Positions 1 to 10,412 are shown, counted from the first letter of the stretch. The stretch: 64,000 nt of DNA from Sumerlaeia bacterium (GCA_040219255.1 JAVJSW010000068.1:195007-259006); one strand, 5' to 3'. Notes: generated by a model from the letters alone, not told the origin. Numbers and translations: made by a program.

Positions 1-1699
1 CTTTGGGGCGGGGGCGCTGGGTGCGGGGGCGGTGATCGAGGACACGGCGGCGGGCGGCCTGGTGGTGGCGGAGGGTTTGCTGGCTGGCGGGAACGATCCC
101 GGCGCGGCGTGGGAGCGCTGGGGCGCGGCGGCTCCGGAGCGCCTGGCGGGCGAGTTCGCGCTCGCCGTCGTAGCGGAGCGCGAGCTGTTCCTGGCGCGGG
201 ACCGGTTTGGAATGCGGGCGCTGGTTTGGGCCGAGACAGAGGCCTGGGTGGCATTCGCGACGGATGCGCGGGCGCTGCTGGCGCTGCCGAGGCCAAGCGG
301 CTGGGAGCTGGAGCCGGCGGCCATCGCGCGGCACCTGCTGGGTCTGTCGCGTTTGCCTGAGGAAACCGCCTTTGCCGGAATCCGGCGCGTTCCGGCGGCG
401 CACCGGGTGGTGTGGCGAGGTGACGCCGCGCGGATCGAGCGCTACTGGAATTTGGCGGAGGCGGCGCCTGAGGCTGCGGACGGCGCCGCAGACGTGCCGG
501 AGCGCCTGAGGGCGGTGTTTCGCGGAGCGGTGGGGCGCCAACTGGCGGGACTGCGCCGGCCGGCGGCGGCGGTCAGCGGCGGCCTCGACTCGTCGTCCGT
601 GGCGGCCATGGCTCAGAGCCTTTCGTCCGAACCCCTGGCGGCGTACCGCGCCGTCTTTCCGAAAGACCAGGCGGCGGACGAGTCGCGCTTCTCCGACGCC
701 GTCATCGCCCAGAGCGGGATGCTGGGCCACGCCTTCGACGGGGGCGCCGAGAATCCGCTGCTGGACATGGAGGACCTGCTAGGGCGGCTGGATCATCCGT
801 TCTATCCGCCGAACCATTTTCTTCAGCGGCGCATGTACCGCGACGCGGCGGCGCGAGGGTGCGACGGATTCTTCGAGGGCAACGACGGCGACAATGCCCT
901 ATCGCACGGGCTGGGGAGGCTGCGCGAGCTGGCGCGGGCCGGCGCGTGGCGGGCGCTGGCGGCGGAATACGAGGCGCTGAGGCGCCGGCGGACCAACGGC
1001 ATGGATTGGCCCCATCCCGCGCGGGCGGTGGCGCGGGATTTCTGGCGCTGGCGCGCGCGGCGCTGGCGCATGGGCGGAACGATGCGGGCCCTGGGCGACC
1101 GGCTGGCCCTGGGAACGGGCGACGCGCCGGGCGAGCTGGAAAGCCTGATCTCGCCTGAGTTCCGCGAGAGCCTCAACCTGGAACCGGAGCCGCCCCTGCG
1201 CTGGAAAACGGAGCGCGAAGCCCACATCGCGGCGATCACGGCGCCCTGTCAAACGCCCATCGTGGAGTTCATGCGGGCCTCGGCGGCGCAGGCGGGGCTG
1301 GACTTGCGGCTGCCGTTCTTCGATGCCGAGCTGATCGCGTTCTGCGTGGGCCTGCGGAGCGATTGGAAACTGCGCGATGGCTGGACCCGCTACTCCATGC
1401 GCCAGGCCATGGCGGGGCTCCTGCCCGACGCCGTGCGGTGGCGGGCGGAGAAGGGACGGCTCGACGGCAATTTTCAGCGCGTGTTCCAGCGCGACGGCCG
1501 CGAGGCCACCGCCCGCGCCCTCTGGGACGAGGCCGCCCTGATCGAACCCTACGTGGATCTGGCGGCGGCTCGGACGGCCTTCGAGCGGTTCTGGGGCGGC
1601 GTGGCGAGGCCGAACGACGATGGGCTGCTGTGGGATGTGCTGGCGCTGGCGATGTGGTTGAGCGGCGGTCCCCTGGACTCGCTTCCACAGAGCCACTGA
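1..1699 (+). CDS. Asparagine synthase-family (AsnB-like, glutamine-hydrolysing) amidotransferase; 5' end lies outside the window
   Basis: The ORF runs in frame from the window edge. It contains the SGGLDSS pyrophosphatase motif (AAVSGGLDSSSVAAMAQ). The N-terminal stretch (GEFALAVVAERELFLARDRFGMRAL) resembles the end of a class II glutamine amidotransferase domain with no initiating Met/Cys, so the true start is upstream of position 1. Confidence 0.6.
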   Translation, partial: FGAGALGAGAVIEDTAAGGLVVAEGLLAGGNDPGAAWERWGAAAPERLAGEFALAVVAERELFLARDRFGMRALVWAETEAWVAFATDARALLALPRPSGWELEPAAIARHLLGLSRLPEETAFAGIRRVPAAHRVVWRGDAARIERYWNLAEAAPEAADGAADVPERLRAVFRGAVGRQLAGLRRPAAAVSGGLDSSSVAAMAQSLSSEPLAAYRAVFPKDQAADESRFSDAVIAQSGMLGHAFDGGAENPLLDMEDLLGRLDHPFYPPNHFLQRRMYRDAAARGCDGFFEGNDGDNALSHGLGRLRELARAGAWRALAAEYEALRRRRTNGMDWPHPARAVARDFWRWRARRWRMGGTMRALGDRLALGTGDAPGELESLISPEFRESLNLEPEPPLRWKTEREAHIAAITAPCQTPIVEFMRASAAQAGLDLRLPFFDAELIAFCVGLRSDWKLRDGWTRYSMRQAMAGLLPDAVRWRAEKGRLDGNFQRVFQRDGREATARALWDEAALIEPYVDLAAARTAFERFWGGVARPNDDGLLWDVLALAMWLSGGPLDSLPQSH

Positions 1700-1889
1700 A
1701 GAAAGCCCTCGAGCGATAGAATCCCTCCTCCGCGCAAACTCCGTCCTTTGCGGACTCTGCGGTTAGAAGACCCTCGCGCCGTGCCGCGGGCCCACCCCAG
1801 CTTGACACAGGCGCCGCCCGCGCGTCACGTTCTGGGGCTCTTTCGCGCCGCGTGCGCGCCTATTTCCTCGTCCCGGGCAGGCAACCGTT

Positions 1890-3041
1890 ATGGGCTCCAC
1901 CTTCGGCCATATCTTCCGCATCACCACCTTTGGCGAGAGCCATGGCGGCGCCGTCGGCGTCGTGGTCGATGGCTGTCCTCCCGGGGTGCCGGTCTCCGTC
2001 GAAGCCATTCAGCACGATCTCGACCGCCGCAAACCGGGCCAGTCGAAAATCACCACCGCCCGCGCCGAAACCGACACGGCGGAGATCCTCTCGGGCATAT
2101 TCGAGGGCAAAGCCACCGGCACGCCCATCGCCATCATGATCCGCAACAAGGACGCCCGCAGCACGGATTACGAGGGCTTCAAAGACAAGTACCGCCCCAG
2201 CCACGCCGACTACACCTACGATGCGAAGTACGGATTCCGCAACTGGGCGGGGGGCGGCCGCTCCAGCGCCCGCGAAACCATCGGCCGGGTGGCCGCCGCC
2301 GCCATCGCCAAGACCCTCCTGCGCGAGGTCGCCGGCGTCGAAATCGTCTCCTGGGTGTCGCGCGTGGCCGACATCACGGCGAAGGTCGATCCGCTGACGG
2401 TGACCGAGGCCGACGTGGAGGCCAACATCGCGCGCTGCCCCGATCCGGAGGCGGCCGAGCGCATGATCGCCTTCATCTCGAAAATCAAGAGCGAGGGCGA
2501 CAGCGTCGGCGGGCTCGTCGAAGTCGTCGCCCGCAACGTGCCCCCGGGCCTGGGCGAGCCGATCTTCGACAAGCTGGAGGCGGACCTGGCCAAGGCCATG
2601 CTCTCTCTGCCGGCCAGCAAGTCCTTTGAAATCGGCTCGGGCCTGGAGGGCACGTACCTGCGCGGCAGCGAGCACAATGACCTTTTCGCCCCCGGCCCCA
2701 ATGGCCAGATTTGCACCCTGACAAACCGCAGCGGCGGCGTGCAGGGTGGCATCTCGAACGGCGAGGCGATCAGCCTGCGGGTCGGCTTCAAACCGGTGGC
2801 GACCATTCTCCGCCCCCAGGAAACGGTGACGCAAAGCGGCGAAGTGGCCACACTGATGCCTAAGGGCCGCCACGATCCGTGCGTTCTGCCGCGGGCGGTG
2901 CCAATGGTCGAGGCTATGATGGCTCTCGTCCTGGCGGACCATCTGCTGCGGCAGCGGGCCACGGCCCCCCATCTGTTGGAGAAAACCCTGGCGGCCCGGC
3001 GCCCCGATTCCGAAGGAGCCGCCTCGGCACCGAGCGCATGA
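1890..3041 (+). CDS. aroC: Chorismate synthase
   Basis: The N-terminus [32 protein letters not shown] is the canonical AroC signature (G[13 protein letters not shown]). Length is 383 aa. The stop overlaps the next start (ATGA at 3038-3041). Confidence 0.9.
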   Translation: MGSTFGHIFRITTFGESHGGAVGVVVDGCPPGVPVSVEAIQHDLDRRKPGQSKITTARAETDTAEILSGIFEGKATGTPIAIMIRNKDARSTDYEGFKDKYRPSHADYTYDAKYGFRNWAGGGRSSARETIGRVAAAAIAKTLLREVAGVEIVSWVSRVADITAKVDPLTVTEADVEANIARCPDPEAAERMIAFISKIKSEGDSVGGLVEVVARNVPPGLGEPIFDKLEADLAKAMLSLPASKSFEIGSGLEGTYLRGSEHNDLFAPGPNGQICTLTNRSGGVQGGISNGEAISLRVGFKPVATILRPQETVTQSGEVATLMPKGRHDPCVLPRAVPMVEAMMALVLADHLLRQRATAPHLLEKTLAARRPDSEGAASAPSA

Positions 3042-5464
3042 AGCGCCTCACCGCGATCAACTTTTTCCCCGCCTTTACCCCGCCCCGCTCCGGCGGGGAA
3101 CTTCGCTATTGGCACCTGCTGACGCGCCTGTCTCGCGGCTTCGAAGTCGCCATGTTCAACCCCACCTATGGCGAGCACGAGCGCGAGGAAGTGCGCCACA
3201 CGCCCTCCTGCGTCGAAACGCGCCTGCCCAAGACGCGGCGCTACAACGCCTGGCATCACTTTCTGGATCGCTACGCCGGGTTTTCCGAATGCAGCGCCTT
3301 TGTCTGTGCCATGGCCGGTGCCAGCCACGCCGAGATGCGCGACGCGGTGCGCGAGAGCGCCGAACGCAGCGATGTCGTTTTGCATTGTTTTCCCTACCTT
3401 TACGATTTGTACCCCCAGGCAAAGGGGAGCCAGGTTCTGGCCTACGACGCCCACAACGTGGAATGCCGCATGGCCCGCGACATGTTCGGCACGGGGTTGC
3501 GCGGGCGATGGGCCACGGGCCGTGTGCGCGCCCGCGAGCGCGCCTTGGCCCGCGAGTCGTCGGTGATTTTCGCGTGCAGCGACGAGGACGCCGAAGTCCT
3601 GTCCGAACTCTATTACCTCGACCGCTCGAAAATCGTCGTCGTTCCCAACGGGGTGGACGTGCGTGATACGGCCCCGGCCAAGGATATGAACGCCCGCCAT
3701 GCCGCGCGCGAGACCGCCGGCATCGCCGGGCCCCGGCCCGCCATTCTGTTCATCGGCAGCTTCCACCCGCCCAACATGGAAGCCGCCCGGTTCATTATCG
3801 AGAAGCTCGCCCCCATCGTGGACGAAGCCGATTTCCTGATCGCGGGCAAAGCCTGCCAGGCCTTCGACGGCCAGCCGATGCCGGACAACGTGAAGCTTCT
3901 CGGCCTGGTGGACGAGGAAACGAAGCGGGCGCTGCTCCAGGGATGCGACGCCGCCATCAACCCGATGTTCAGCGGCAGCGGCACGAACCTGAAAATGCTG
4001 GACTTCCTGGCGTCTGGCCTGCCGGTCATCACGACGGATACGGGGGCGCGGGGGTTGGCTCTCGAGCACCGCGAGCACGCCATGATCGCCGACGAAGCGC
4101 GCATCCCCCACGCCGTCGAGGAAGTCCTCGGCAGCCGGCTTCTGCGCAAGAAGCTGGCGGAAAACGCCCGCGCCCACACGGTCGCGAATTTTTCCTGGGA
4201 TGTGATCGCGGGCGAGATGCGCAACGTCCTGGAAATCAAGACCCGGCCCCGCATCTTGATCCTCAACGATTTCCCCGTCACGCCCGTCGATCTGGGTGGC
4301 AAGGTGCGGCTGCAAGCGGTCGGCCGCGAAATGGCCAAAACCGGCCATCCGGTCACCATTCTGACCCTGACCAAAAAAGACAAAGGCCGGCGGATCCGCC
4401 ACGGCGCCCATTTCGAGGAACTCAACGTTCCCCGTTCCCTCGCCCACAACCTGCTGGACAAAGTCCTCTCGCGCGCCTGCGGCGGCGTGGGGGCGGACGA
4501 TGTCAGCGCGTTGCGCTTCTGCTGGCTGACGCCCGCGTTCCGCAACGCCCTGCGGCGCGAAAGCCGTAACGCCGTCGCGGTCATGATCTCGCATTGTTAC
4601 CTTGTCCGGGCCGTTCGTCATTTGCATGGGCGGATTCCTCTTTTTCACGATAGCTACAATGTCGAAAGCGACTTGAAGAAACAGCTCTACAGTAGCAACC
4701 CCATCGGCAAGCTCATGCTCCGCTGGGTCATGGATGGCGAGCGCGAAGCCATCCAGCGCAGCGCCGTCACCACCTGCGTCACCCGCGACGACCGCGAGGA
4801 GTTCATCCGCCTCTTCAGCGCCGATGAAGACCGGCTCCTGATCGCGGACAACGGCGTGGATACGGACCGGTTTGTGCCGCTTTCGGTGGAGAACCGCCCG
4901 CGCCTGCGCCAAAAGGTCGGCTTCTCCGCCGAGCCAGTGGTGCTGTTCCTGGCCAGCGGCCACCCGCCCAACGCCGAAGCGGCTCGGTACATCATCCAGC
5001 ACGTCGCCCCGCCGAATCCGGAATGCACCTTCCTGTTCGTCGGCACGGTGTGCGGTTGGTTCCATCAGGTCATCCTGCCGGAAAACGTGCTGCTGCTGGG
5101 TCTGGTGAGCGAAGAGGCCAAGGACTTCCTGCTCCAGACCGCCGACATCGCGCTCAACCCGGTCTTTGGCGGGTCGGGCACGAACATCAAGATTCTCGAT
5201 TACCTGAGCGCCGGCGTCCCGGTGGTCACGACCGAGAAAGGCGCCCGCGGCATCGAGCCGGAGCACCGCCACGCGCTGGCGGTTTGCGAGCCGGAAGGCA
5301 TCGCCGAAGCGGTGCGCCGGCTGGCGGGCGATCTGGACGAGCGCCGCCGCCTGGCGGAAGCCGGGCGCAAACTCGCCGAGGAGCGCTTTGACTGGCGCAT
5401 CACCCTCGGCGGCCTGGTCCAGACCATGCGCGAAACTATCGACGAGAATTCCGATTACCGATGA
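3038..5464 (+). CDS. Internally duplicated GT-B (group 1 / GT4-like) glycosyltransferase, two complete GT units in one 808-aa polypeptide
   Basis: Two collinear halves share obvious paralogy. [20 protein letters not shown]...[30 protein letters not shown] aligns with [20 protein letters not shown]...[30 protein letters not shown]. The start ATG at 3038 overlaps the aroC stop. Confidence 0.7.
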   Translation: MKRLTAINFFPAFTPPRSGGELRYWHLLTRLSRGFEVAMFNPTYGEHEREEVRHTPSCVETRLPKTRRYNAWHHFLDRYAGFSECSAFVCAMAGASHAEMRDAVRESAERSDVVLHCFPYLYDLYPQAKGSQVLAYDAHNVECRMARDMFGTGLRGRWATGRVRARERALARESSVIFACSDEDAEVLSELYYLDRSKIVVVPNGVDVRDTAPAKDMNARHAARETAGIAGPRPAILFIGSFHPPNMEAARFIIEKLAPIVDEADFLIAGKACQAFDGQPMPDNVKLLGLVDEETKRALLQGCDAAINPMFSGSGTNLKMLDFLASGLPVITTDTGARGLALEHREHAMIADEARIPHAVEEVLGSRLLRKKLAENARAHTVANFSWDVIAGEMRNVLEIKTRPRILILNDFPVTPVDLGGKVRLQAVGREMAKTGHPVTILTLTKKDKGRRIRHGAHFEELNVPRSLAHNLLDKVLSRACGGVGADDVSALRFCWLTPAFRNALRRESRNAVAVMISHCYLVRAVRHLHGRIPLFHDSYNVESDLKKQLYSSNPIGKLMLRWVMDGEREAIQRSAVTTCVTRDDREEFIRLFSADEDRLLIADNGVDTDRFVPLSVENRPRLRQKVGFSAEPVVLFLASGHPPNAEAARYIIQHVAPPNPECTFLFVGTVCGWFHQVILPENVLLLGLVSEEAKDFLLQTADIALNPVFGGSGTNIKILDYLSAGVPVVTTEKGARGIEPEHRHALAVCEPEGIAEAVRRLAGDLDERRRLAEAGRKLAEERFDWRITLGGLVQTMRETIDENSDYR

Positions 5465-6177
5465 CTTCATCCGATTCTTCTCCTCGCGCCGTTGTGTTGT
5501 GCGGCGGTCATGGGCGGCGTTTGCGCCCCTACACCACGGTGTTGCCCAAGCCGCTGATGCCCATCGGCGACCGGCCCATTCTGGAAATCGTGCTGGCGCG
5601 CCTGCGCGATTGCGGCGTGTGGCGGGTCACGCTCTGCGTCGGCTATCTGGCCGAATTGATTCAGAGCTTCTTCGGCGACGGCTCGCGGCTGGGGCTGGAA
5701 ATCGATTACAGTTTCGAGGAAAAACCCCTCGGCACCATCGGCCCGCTGGCCTTCGTCAAGGACCTGGGCGAGGACTTTCTGGTGCTCAATGGCGACGTGC
5801 TGACGGATCTGAGCCCGATGGCGGTTTTCGAAGCCCACCGGCACAATGGCGCCGACCTGACCATCGCGACCTATGGCCGCGAGGTGAAAATCGACTTCGG
5901 CGTTCTGCGCAGCGACCCCGGCACGGGCCGCGTCACCGAATTCGTCGAGAAACCCGTGCACCGCTACGAAGTCAGCATGGGTGTGTATGCCGTCAGCGCC
6001 CGCTGCCTGAACCTGTTCGAGCCGGGCCAGGCCTTCGGTTTCGACGACCTGGTGCTGGCGCTGCTGCGCGAGAACCGGCCGGCCGTGCATTTCCCCCACA
6101 CCGGCGAATGGCTCGACATCGGGCGCAAAGAGGACTACGAGCGGGCACTGGACAATCCGCTCTGGGAAGAGATTTAG
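5461..6177 (+). CDS. Sugar-phosphate nucleotidyltransferase (NTP_transferase family; hexose/heptose-1-phosphate guanylyl/cytidylyltransferase-like)
   Basis: N-terminal AVVLCGGHGRRLRPYTTVLPKPLMPIGDRPILE matches the G-x-G-x-R-L nucleotidyltransferase signature. Length is 238 aa. The start overlaps the upstream GT stop (ATGA). Confidence 0.7.
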   Translation: MTSSDSSPRAVVLCGGHGRRLRPYTTVLPKPLMPIGDRPILEIVLARLRDCGVWRVTLCVGYLAELIQSFFGDGSRLGLEIDYSFEEKPLGTIGPLAFVKDLGEDFLVLNGDVLTDLSPMAVFEAHRHNGADLTIATYGREVKIDFGVLRSDPGTGRVTEFVEKPVHRYEVSMGVYAVSARCLNLFEPGQAFGFDDLVLALLRENRPAVHFPHTGEWLDIGRKEDYERALDNPLWEEI

Positions 6178-6281
6178 GCAGCGCCGCGCGCCGGTGAAGG
6201 GGATGGTGGACGGAAGGCAGGGAGTCGTCATCGGACAAGGTCCTCGCGAATGGGATGACCCCATTGTGCACAGCTCCTCCC

Positions 6282-6340
6282 GTTTGTCCCCTCATGTGGC
6301 AACTCAGGAACAAGAAAGACAAAATACACTAAACAGACAA
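6282..6340 (+). repeat. Copy A of a ~60-nt AT-rich conserved element (core gtttgtcccctcatgtgg...agaaagacaaaatacact...aaacagacaa)
   Basis: Near-identical to the reverse complement of 63546-63612. There is an 18-nt perfect core, then a block of about 20 nt, then aaacagacaa. It sits in a convergent intergenic region after the nucleotidyltransferase gene and is AT-rich in a GC-rich genome. Confidence 0.55.
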
Positions 6341-6362
6341 AAGGGCCTTAGCGGGAGGGGAC

Positions 6363-6395
6363 CGCGCGGACGCCCTTTCGCGCGAGGATCTTTTT
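6363..6395 (+). terminator. Possible intrinsic terminator downstream of element A and the + operon
   Basis: cgcgcg-gacgcccttt-cgcgcg hairpin (6 bp GC stem) followed 6 nt later by a ttttt run. The stem is short and the spacer long, so this is a weak call. Confidence 0.3.
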
Positions 6396-6710
6396 CACCA
6401 CGGAGACAGGGAGGCGCGAAGATGTGGTGTGCGAGGCCGGGACGGGATTGGGAGTTGAACGTAGAGGAGGAGATTACGCCGCCGCTCAGGCATGAGGTCT
6501 GAATGAAACACAAATAAAATAATAAAATAAATTATCAAATGGACTTTGTACACCCTCTATCCCTCGCCCGCAACCCCCTCTGCACCTTTGTCCCTTGGCT
6601 TCTTTGCGTTAAAAAAACAATTAAGTTCCCCCCCCCAGCAAATCCCCCACCTCGGCCTTCACCCGCTCCAATCGATCCATCTGGTGGGCCGTGACGCTCG
6701 CGCCTTCGCG

Positions 6711-8015
6711 TCAATTCTTGGGCGGTTCATGGGCCTGGGTGAAGGGCTCGTAGGCTTCCTCCAGGTCCTCGCGGTCGTGGCTGGCGGTGCTGGCGGACCG
6801 GGCCATCTCCGCGATCATGTGCGCCTGGCGGAGGATGGCGCGGCGGCGGGGAGCGGTGTTGTGCTGGATGTGGCGGTCGATGGCGGCCAACGAACGCAGC
6901 AGATGAATCGCCACGCTGGGTTTGTCCGCTCCGTTTTGGCGGATTTGGTTGAAGGCCGCCGCCAGGTAATCCTCGAAGCGGGCGCGTTTGCGCAGCACGC
7001 GCAGAGTGCCGTCGTCGTCGCACAGCCTCGATTCGCTGTCGGACAGGGCCGCCAGACGGGCCAAGGCGGCCGACAACCAATCGATGGCGCGGACCGCGGT
7101 GAAGGGATCGTTGATTCCGGGCGAGAGCGACCGCACCGCGACCTCGACCAATTGCTCCACGTAGAAGTCCGTGTCTTGGATCAGGGTCCTTTGCCGCCCC
7201 ACGGTCAACGTCTGCTTCAGAGATTTTTCCAGTTCCTCGCGCTTGTCCATCGGCCACACCGTGCCGATCACGTCGCCCGTGCGGACGAAATCGCCGGCGC
7301 CGCGCTCCAGCCGGATCATGGCGTCGTTCGCTTTCGCTTTCACGATCAAACCCTCGTAATCCAGCGACTTGATGTAGCCGGTCGCCGCGGCGGCCAGGGG
7401 GGCGCCCTCATCGGCCATCTCGGCGGGAATGGCGATGTTGGGCGAGGCCTCATCCGCGCCGTCGCTCTCCAGCGCATGCGTCAGCTTCTTTCCGATTTGG
7501 GCGACCACCAGGCTCGCGTTGATCGACTGGGCCACATGGTGAACGAAGTGGATCAGTTGGCCCGTGACCAACAGCGTCATCAGCAGCGCGAACAAGATGG
7601 TCAGGTGGGACAGCGTTTCCTCGGCCTGTTGGCTTCCCCTCAACGCCACCAAGCAGAACAGGAACGTGGCCAGAAACGCCCCGAGGGTGAATTGATTCGT
7701 GCGGTCGCGCATGAAATTCGTCAGTAGCCGGGGACCGAGTTGGGACGACGCCTGCACCAACGTCAGCATCGTCATGGAAAACACGATGCTGACCGCCGTG
7801 AACATTGCGCCCGCGATGGTGGTCAGCAACGCCCTTACGCTGGCGCGGTCCAGCGCGAGCAGTGGTTCGGGCAATTGGAGTCCCCGCCGGTACATTTCGC
7901 CATCGATCCAGAGGCAGAAAAACGCGAAGGCGAGGGCGCCGAGACACATCAGGCCCGGCACGAACCAGTAACTGCTCTTCAAGGAATCCCAAATAACGGT
8001 CAGTTTCGATTTCAT
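6711..8015 (-). CDS. Multi-pass membrane protein, DUF2254-like
   Basis: Start chosen at MKSKLTVIWDSLKSSYWFVPGLMCLGALAFAFF (ATG at 8013-8015). Several hydrophobic helices are followed by a soluble C-terminal domain. The start overlaps the upstream gene's stop (ATGA at 8012-8015). The longer ORF to 8303 has an Arg/Pro-rich non-protein-like extension. Confidence 0.5.
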   Translation of the reverse strand: MKSKLTVIWDSLKSSYWFVPGLMCLGALAFAFFCLWIDGEMYRRGLQLPEPLLALDRASVRALLTTIAGAMFTAVSIVFSMTMLTLVQASSQLGPRLLTNFMRDRTNQFTLGAFLATFLFCLVALRGSQQAEETLSHLTILFALLMTLLVTGQLIHFVHHVAQSINASLVVAQIGKKLTHALESDGADEASPNIAIPAEMADEGAPLAAAATGYIKSLDYEGLIVKAKANDAMIRLERGAGDFVRTGDVIGTVWPMDKREELEKSLKQTLTVGRQRTLIQDTDFYVEQLVEVAVRSLSPGINDPFTAVRAIDWLSAALARLAALSDSESRLCDDDGTLRVLRKRARFEDYLAAAFNQIRQNGADKPSVAIHLLRSLAAIDRHIQHNTAPRRRAILRQAHMIAEMARSASTASHDREDLEEAYEPFTQAHEPPKN

Positions 8016-10141
8016 CGATTCACCACCTCGCCGCCGCTGGCCGAGAGCAATTCCTCCACTGCCGCCTTCACCTGCTCCACGGTGATCCGCAGCATGTGCT
8101 CGTTGATGGCGAAGCCGCGCGTTTCCTCGGGCAGCCAGTCCCAGGGCGCGCCGCGCACCACGCGGAAGGGCGGGGCGTGGTCTTCGCCCGGCAGGCGTGG
8201 CTGGGGGCCCCAGACGCGGTCGTCCGACGGCCCGAAGAGGATCACCGTGGGGGCGCCCACGGCCTGGGCAATGTGTTGCGGGCCGGAATCGGTGCCGAGG
8301 CACACCCGGGCGCGGCGATGGATGGCGCCCAACTCCAGTGGTTTCAGCAAGCCGTGCAACCCAAAGGCGCCGTCTGGCGGCAGGTTCATGGCTTCGAACT
8401 CGCCGCGCTGTTCGCGCATGTCGGTGAAGACGACGGGCAGGTCTTTTTCCTCGATCAGCCAGCGCGCCAGCGCGGCCCAGCGCTCCGTGGGCCAGCTCTT
8501 GAACCGCGCCGGATCATCGGCGTGGATCGCGGCGAAGGGTCTGCCGGCCAGGCCACAGCGTTCGAGCAGGGCGTCGGCGCGGGCCTGCGCGTCCCGTGGG
8601 ATCGCGAGGCGGGGGCGTTGCGGCACGGGAGCGACCCCCATGGGCGCCAGGAGGTTGAGCAGCGACGCGGCCTCGGCCTTGCCCTCGAGCTTGTGGACGC
8701 GGACGGCGGCGAAATCGGTGGCGTATTGCTGGGCGAAACCGTTCTCGCGATTCCAGCAGATCACCGGCGCGTCCGTGGCGGTGTAGAGGCCCAGCGGCGG
8801 GGCCTGGTGGAAATAGGTGACGACGATGACGTCGGGGCGGGCTCGGGCGACGGCTTCCGCGACCGCGCGGATGTGGCGGGGGCGCCGGCCGGTCAGACCG
8901 CGGGGCAGCTCGACGACCTGGTCCGCCCCCGGGGCGCCACGGTAGATCTCCGCCGCCGTCGGACCGCAGAGCACGGACACCTCGCACGCGGGAAAGGCCT
9001 TCTTGAGCTGTCCGATCATTGGCAGCGTCAGCACCGCGTCGCCGAGCCAGTTGTAGCAAACGACCAGGGCGCGGCGGGGCGGATCGGCGGGGCTGGGGAC
9101 GGGGCGGGGCTGGCGCAGGGCATGGAAGGCCCGCGCGGCGGCGGGGCGCAGGGCGGCCTTGGCGTGACCGAGAAGGCCGTTCCTGCCCTCTCTGAGGAGC
9201 AAGGCGAGGCGTTTCGGGGGCGAGATACCATCCGGGCCGAAATCGTCCACGGCAGCGCCCAGAAAAGCGGCTTGGCGCCGCGTCCAGATTTTGTGCCGGC
9301 GCAGGGCCTGACCCGAGGTCAGAGCCGGATCGAAGAGGTCGCGGGCGAGACGCAGCGGCGCCTGGGCGAGATCGCTGGCGGCGGCGGCGAGGTCCTCGCG
9401 GGGGTGTTCGCGGCGCCAATGGGCGCGGCCGTCGCGCTCGGCCCGGTCGGCCATCACGGAAAAACGCAGGCGGTCTTTCGGGATCCGGTGCCAGACGAGG
9501 GCCCGGGGCGCCAACTCTGCCCGCAGCCCGGCCCGCCGCAGAGCCCGCCAGAACTGAGCGTCCTCGCGCCCGGCGTCGTAGTCGGCCCCGCCCGACTGGC
9601 CGAACCGGGCGCCGATTTCCTGGAAGGGATGCCGTTCCCAGACCGCCTTGCGAAAGGCCAGGTTGGCCGTCGTGGGCAGCGCGACGCGCCCGCCCAGAGG
9701 CCCCCAGAAGTCCGGCGGATAAAGCCCCGCGAGCCAGGCCTGGTCCGGCGTCAGATCGGGCGGCGAGGGCAGTTCCTCGGCCGGGAGAAGCCCGCCGCCC
9801 ACCGCGTCCGCCTCGCGCAGCGCCTCCACCAACCGGCGGAGCCAATGGCGATCGGCGAGGCAATCGTCGTCGATGGAGGCGATCAGTTCGCCCTGGGCGG
9901 CGGCGGCCCCGGCGTTGCGGGCCTCCGCATAGCCAGAGCCCGCGGGGGCCTCGATCAGGCGCAGGGCAAAAGGGCCTTGCCAGCCGGCGAGGGCCTCGCG
10001 CGTGCCATCGGCCGGGTCGGTCAGCACAACGACGGCTTCGGCGGGGGCGAGGGAGCCCTCGGCGATGCTCTGGAGGCAATCGAGCAGAAAGGGGATGCGG
10101 CGGGCCGTCAGCAAAACGACGGAGACGGACGGCTCGGCCAT
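8012..10141 (-). CDS. Fusion glycosyltransferase: N-terminal GT2 (GT-A) domain plus C-terminal GT9 (heptosyltransferase-like) domain
   Basis: The N-terminus SVSVVLLTARRIPFLLDCLQSI...ASIDDDCLADRHW is GT2-like with a DxD-type motif. The C-terminal half ALVVCYNWLGDAVLTLPMIGQLKKAFPACEVSVLCGP...FTDMREQRGE resembles ADP-heptose:LPS heptosyltransferase (GT9). Confidence 0.65.
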   Translation of the reverse strand: MAEPSVSVVLLTARRIPFLLDCLQSIAEGSLAPAEAVVVLTDPADGTREALAGWQGPFALRLIEAPAGSGYAEARNAGAAAAQGELIASIDDDCLADRHWLRRLVEALREADAVGGGLLPAEELPSPPDLTPDQAWLAGLYPPDFWGPLGGRVALPTTANLAFRKAVWERHPFQEIGARFGQSGGADYDAGREDAQFWRALRRAGLRAELAPRALVWHRIPKDRLRFSVMADRAERDGRAHWRREHPREDLAAAASDLAQAPLRLARDLFDPALTSGQALRRHKIWTRRQAAFLGAAVDDFGPDGISPPKRLALLLREGRNGLLGHAKAALRPAAARAFHALRQPRPVPSPADPPRRALVVCYNWLGDAVLTLPMIGQLKKAFPACEVSVLCGPTAAEIYRGAPGADQVVELPRGLTGRRPRHIRAVAEAVARARPDVIVVTYFHQAPPLGLYTATDAPVICWNRENGFAQQYATDFAAVRVHKLEGKAEAASLLNLLAPMGVAPVPQRPRLAIPRDAQARADALLERCGLAGRPFAAIHADDPARFKSWPTERWAALARWLIEEKDLPVVFTDMREQRGEFEAMNLPPDGAFGLHGLLKPLELGAIHRRARVCLGTDSGPQHIAQAVGAPTVILFGPSDDRVWGPQPRLPGEDHAPPFRVVRGAPWDWLPEETRGFAINEHMLRITVEQVKAAVEELLSASGGEVVNR

Positions 10142-10151
10142 GGGCTGGGGA

Positions 10152-10394
10152 TTAGCCTATCTTGAATTTCAGCAGGGATTTCCCGCCGAACCAGGTGAGC
10201 CAGCCGAGCAGAAAGAGCACCGCCGAGACAATGAAAAGACCGCTGCCGCGTTCCGACAGGATCACGGTCAGCAGGCTGCAAATGACAACCACGGCGCCGA
10301 TGCCCATCATGGTGCGCCCGCGCTTTTGCAGTTTGGCCCGTTCCTCGGGAGTCAGGGGCTTTTTCTCCGGTTTGGCCGGGGTGGGATCTGCCAC
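10152..10394 (-). CDS. Small membrane protein (80 aa), hypothetical
   Basis: Lys-rich N-terminus followed by two hydrophobic helices (IGAVVVICSLLTVIL, IVSAVLFLLGWLTWF). It lies between the GT fusion and apbC on the same strand. Confidence 0.35.
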   Translation of the reverse strand: MADPTPAKPEKKPLTPEERAKLQKRGRTMMGIGAVVVICSLLTVILSERGSGLFIVSAVLFLLGWLTWFGGKSLLKFKIG

Positions 10395-10412
10395 GGTATG
10401 GAGTCCTTTCCG

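Noticed and set aside
2216-5470. 1084-aa ORF on the minus strand antisense to the double glycosyltransferase (similar long antisense ORFs at 8096-10165 +, 10002-13292 +, 35217-37367 -, 38184-40028 +, 46808-50593 -, 51480-54443 -, 57665-60223 -, 28265-31339 +)
   Set aside because: High-GC genomes generate long stop-free antisense frames. These translations are Arg/Gly/Ala/Pro-rich with no family motifs, whereas the opposite strand carries unambiguous motifs (GT, ApbC, kinase, IF-2, Lon and others).
6194-6502. 102-aa ORF spanning conserved element copy A (and the analogous ORFs 63565-63843 + and 6304-6513 - over the repeat copies)
   Set aside because: Similar peptides arise at both repeat copies only because the DNA element is repeated. 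Composition is not protein-like, and there is no start context.
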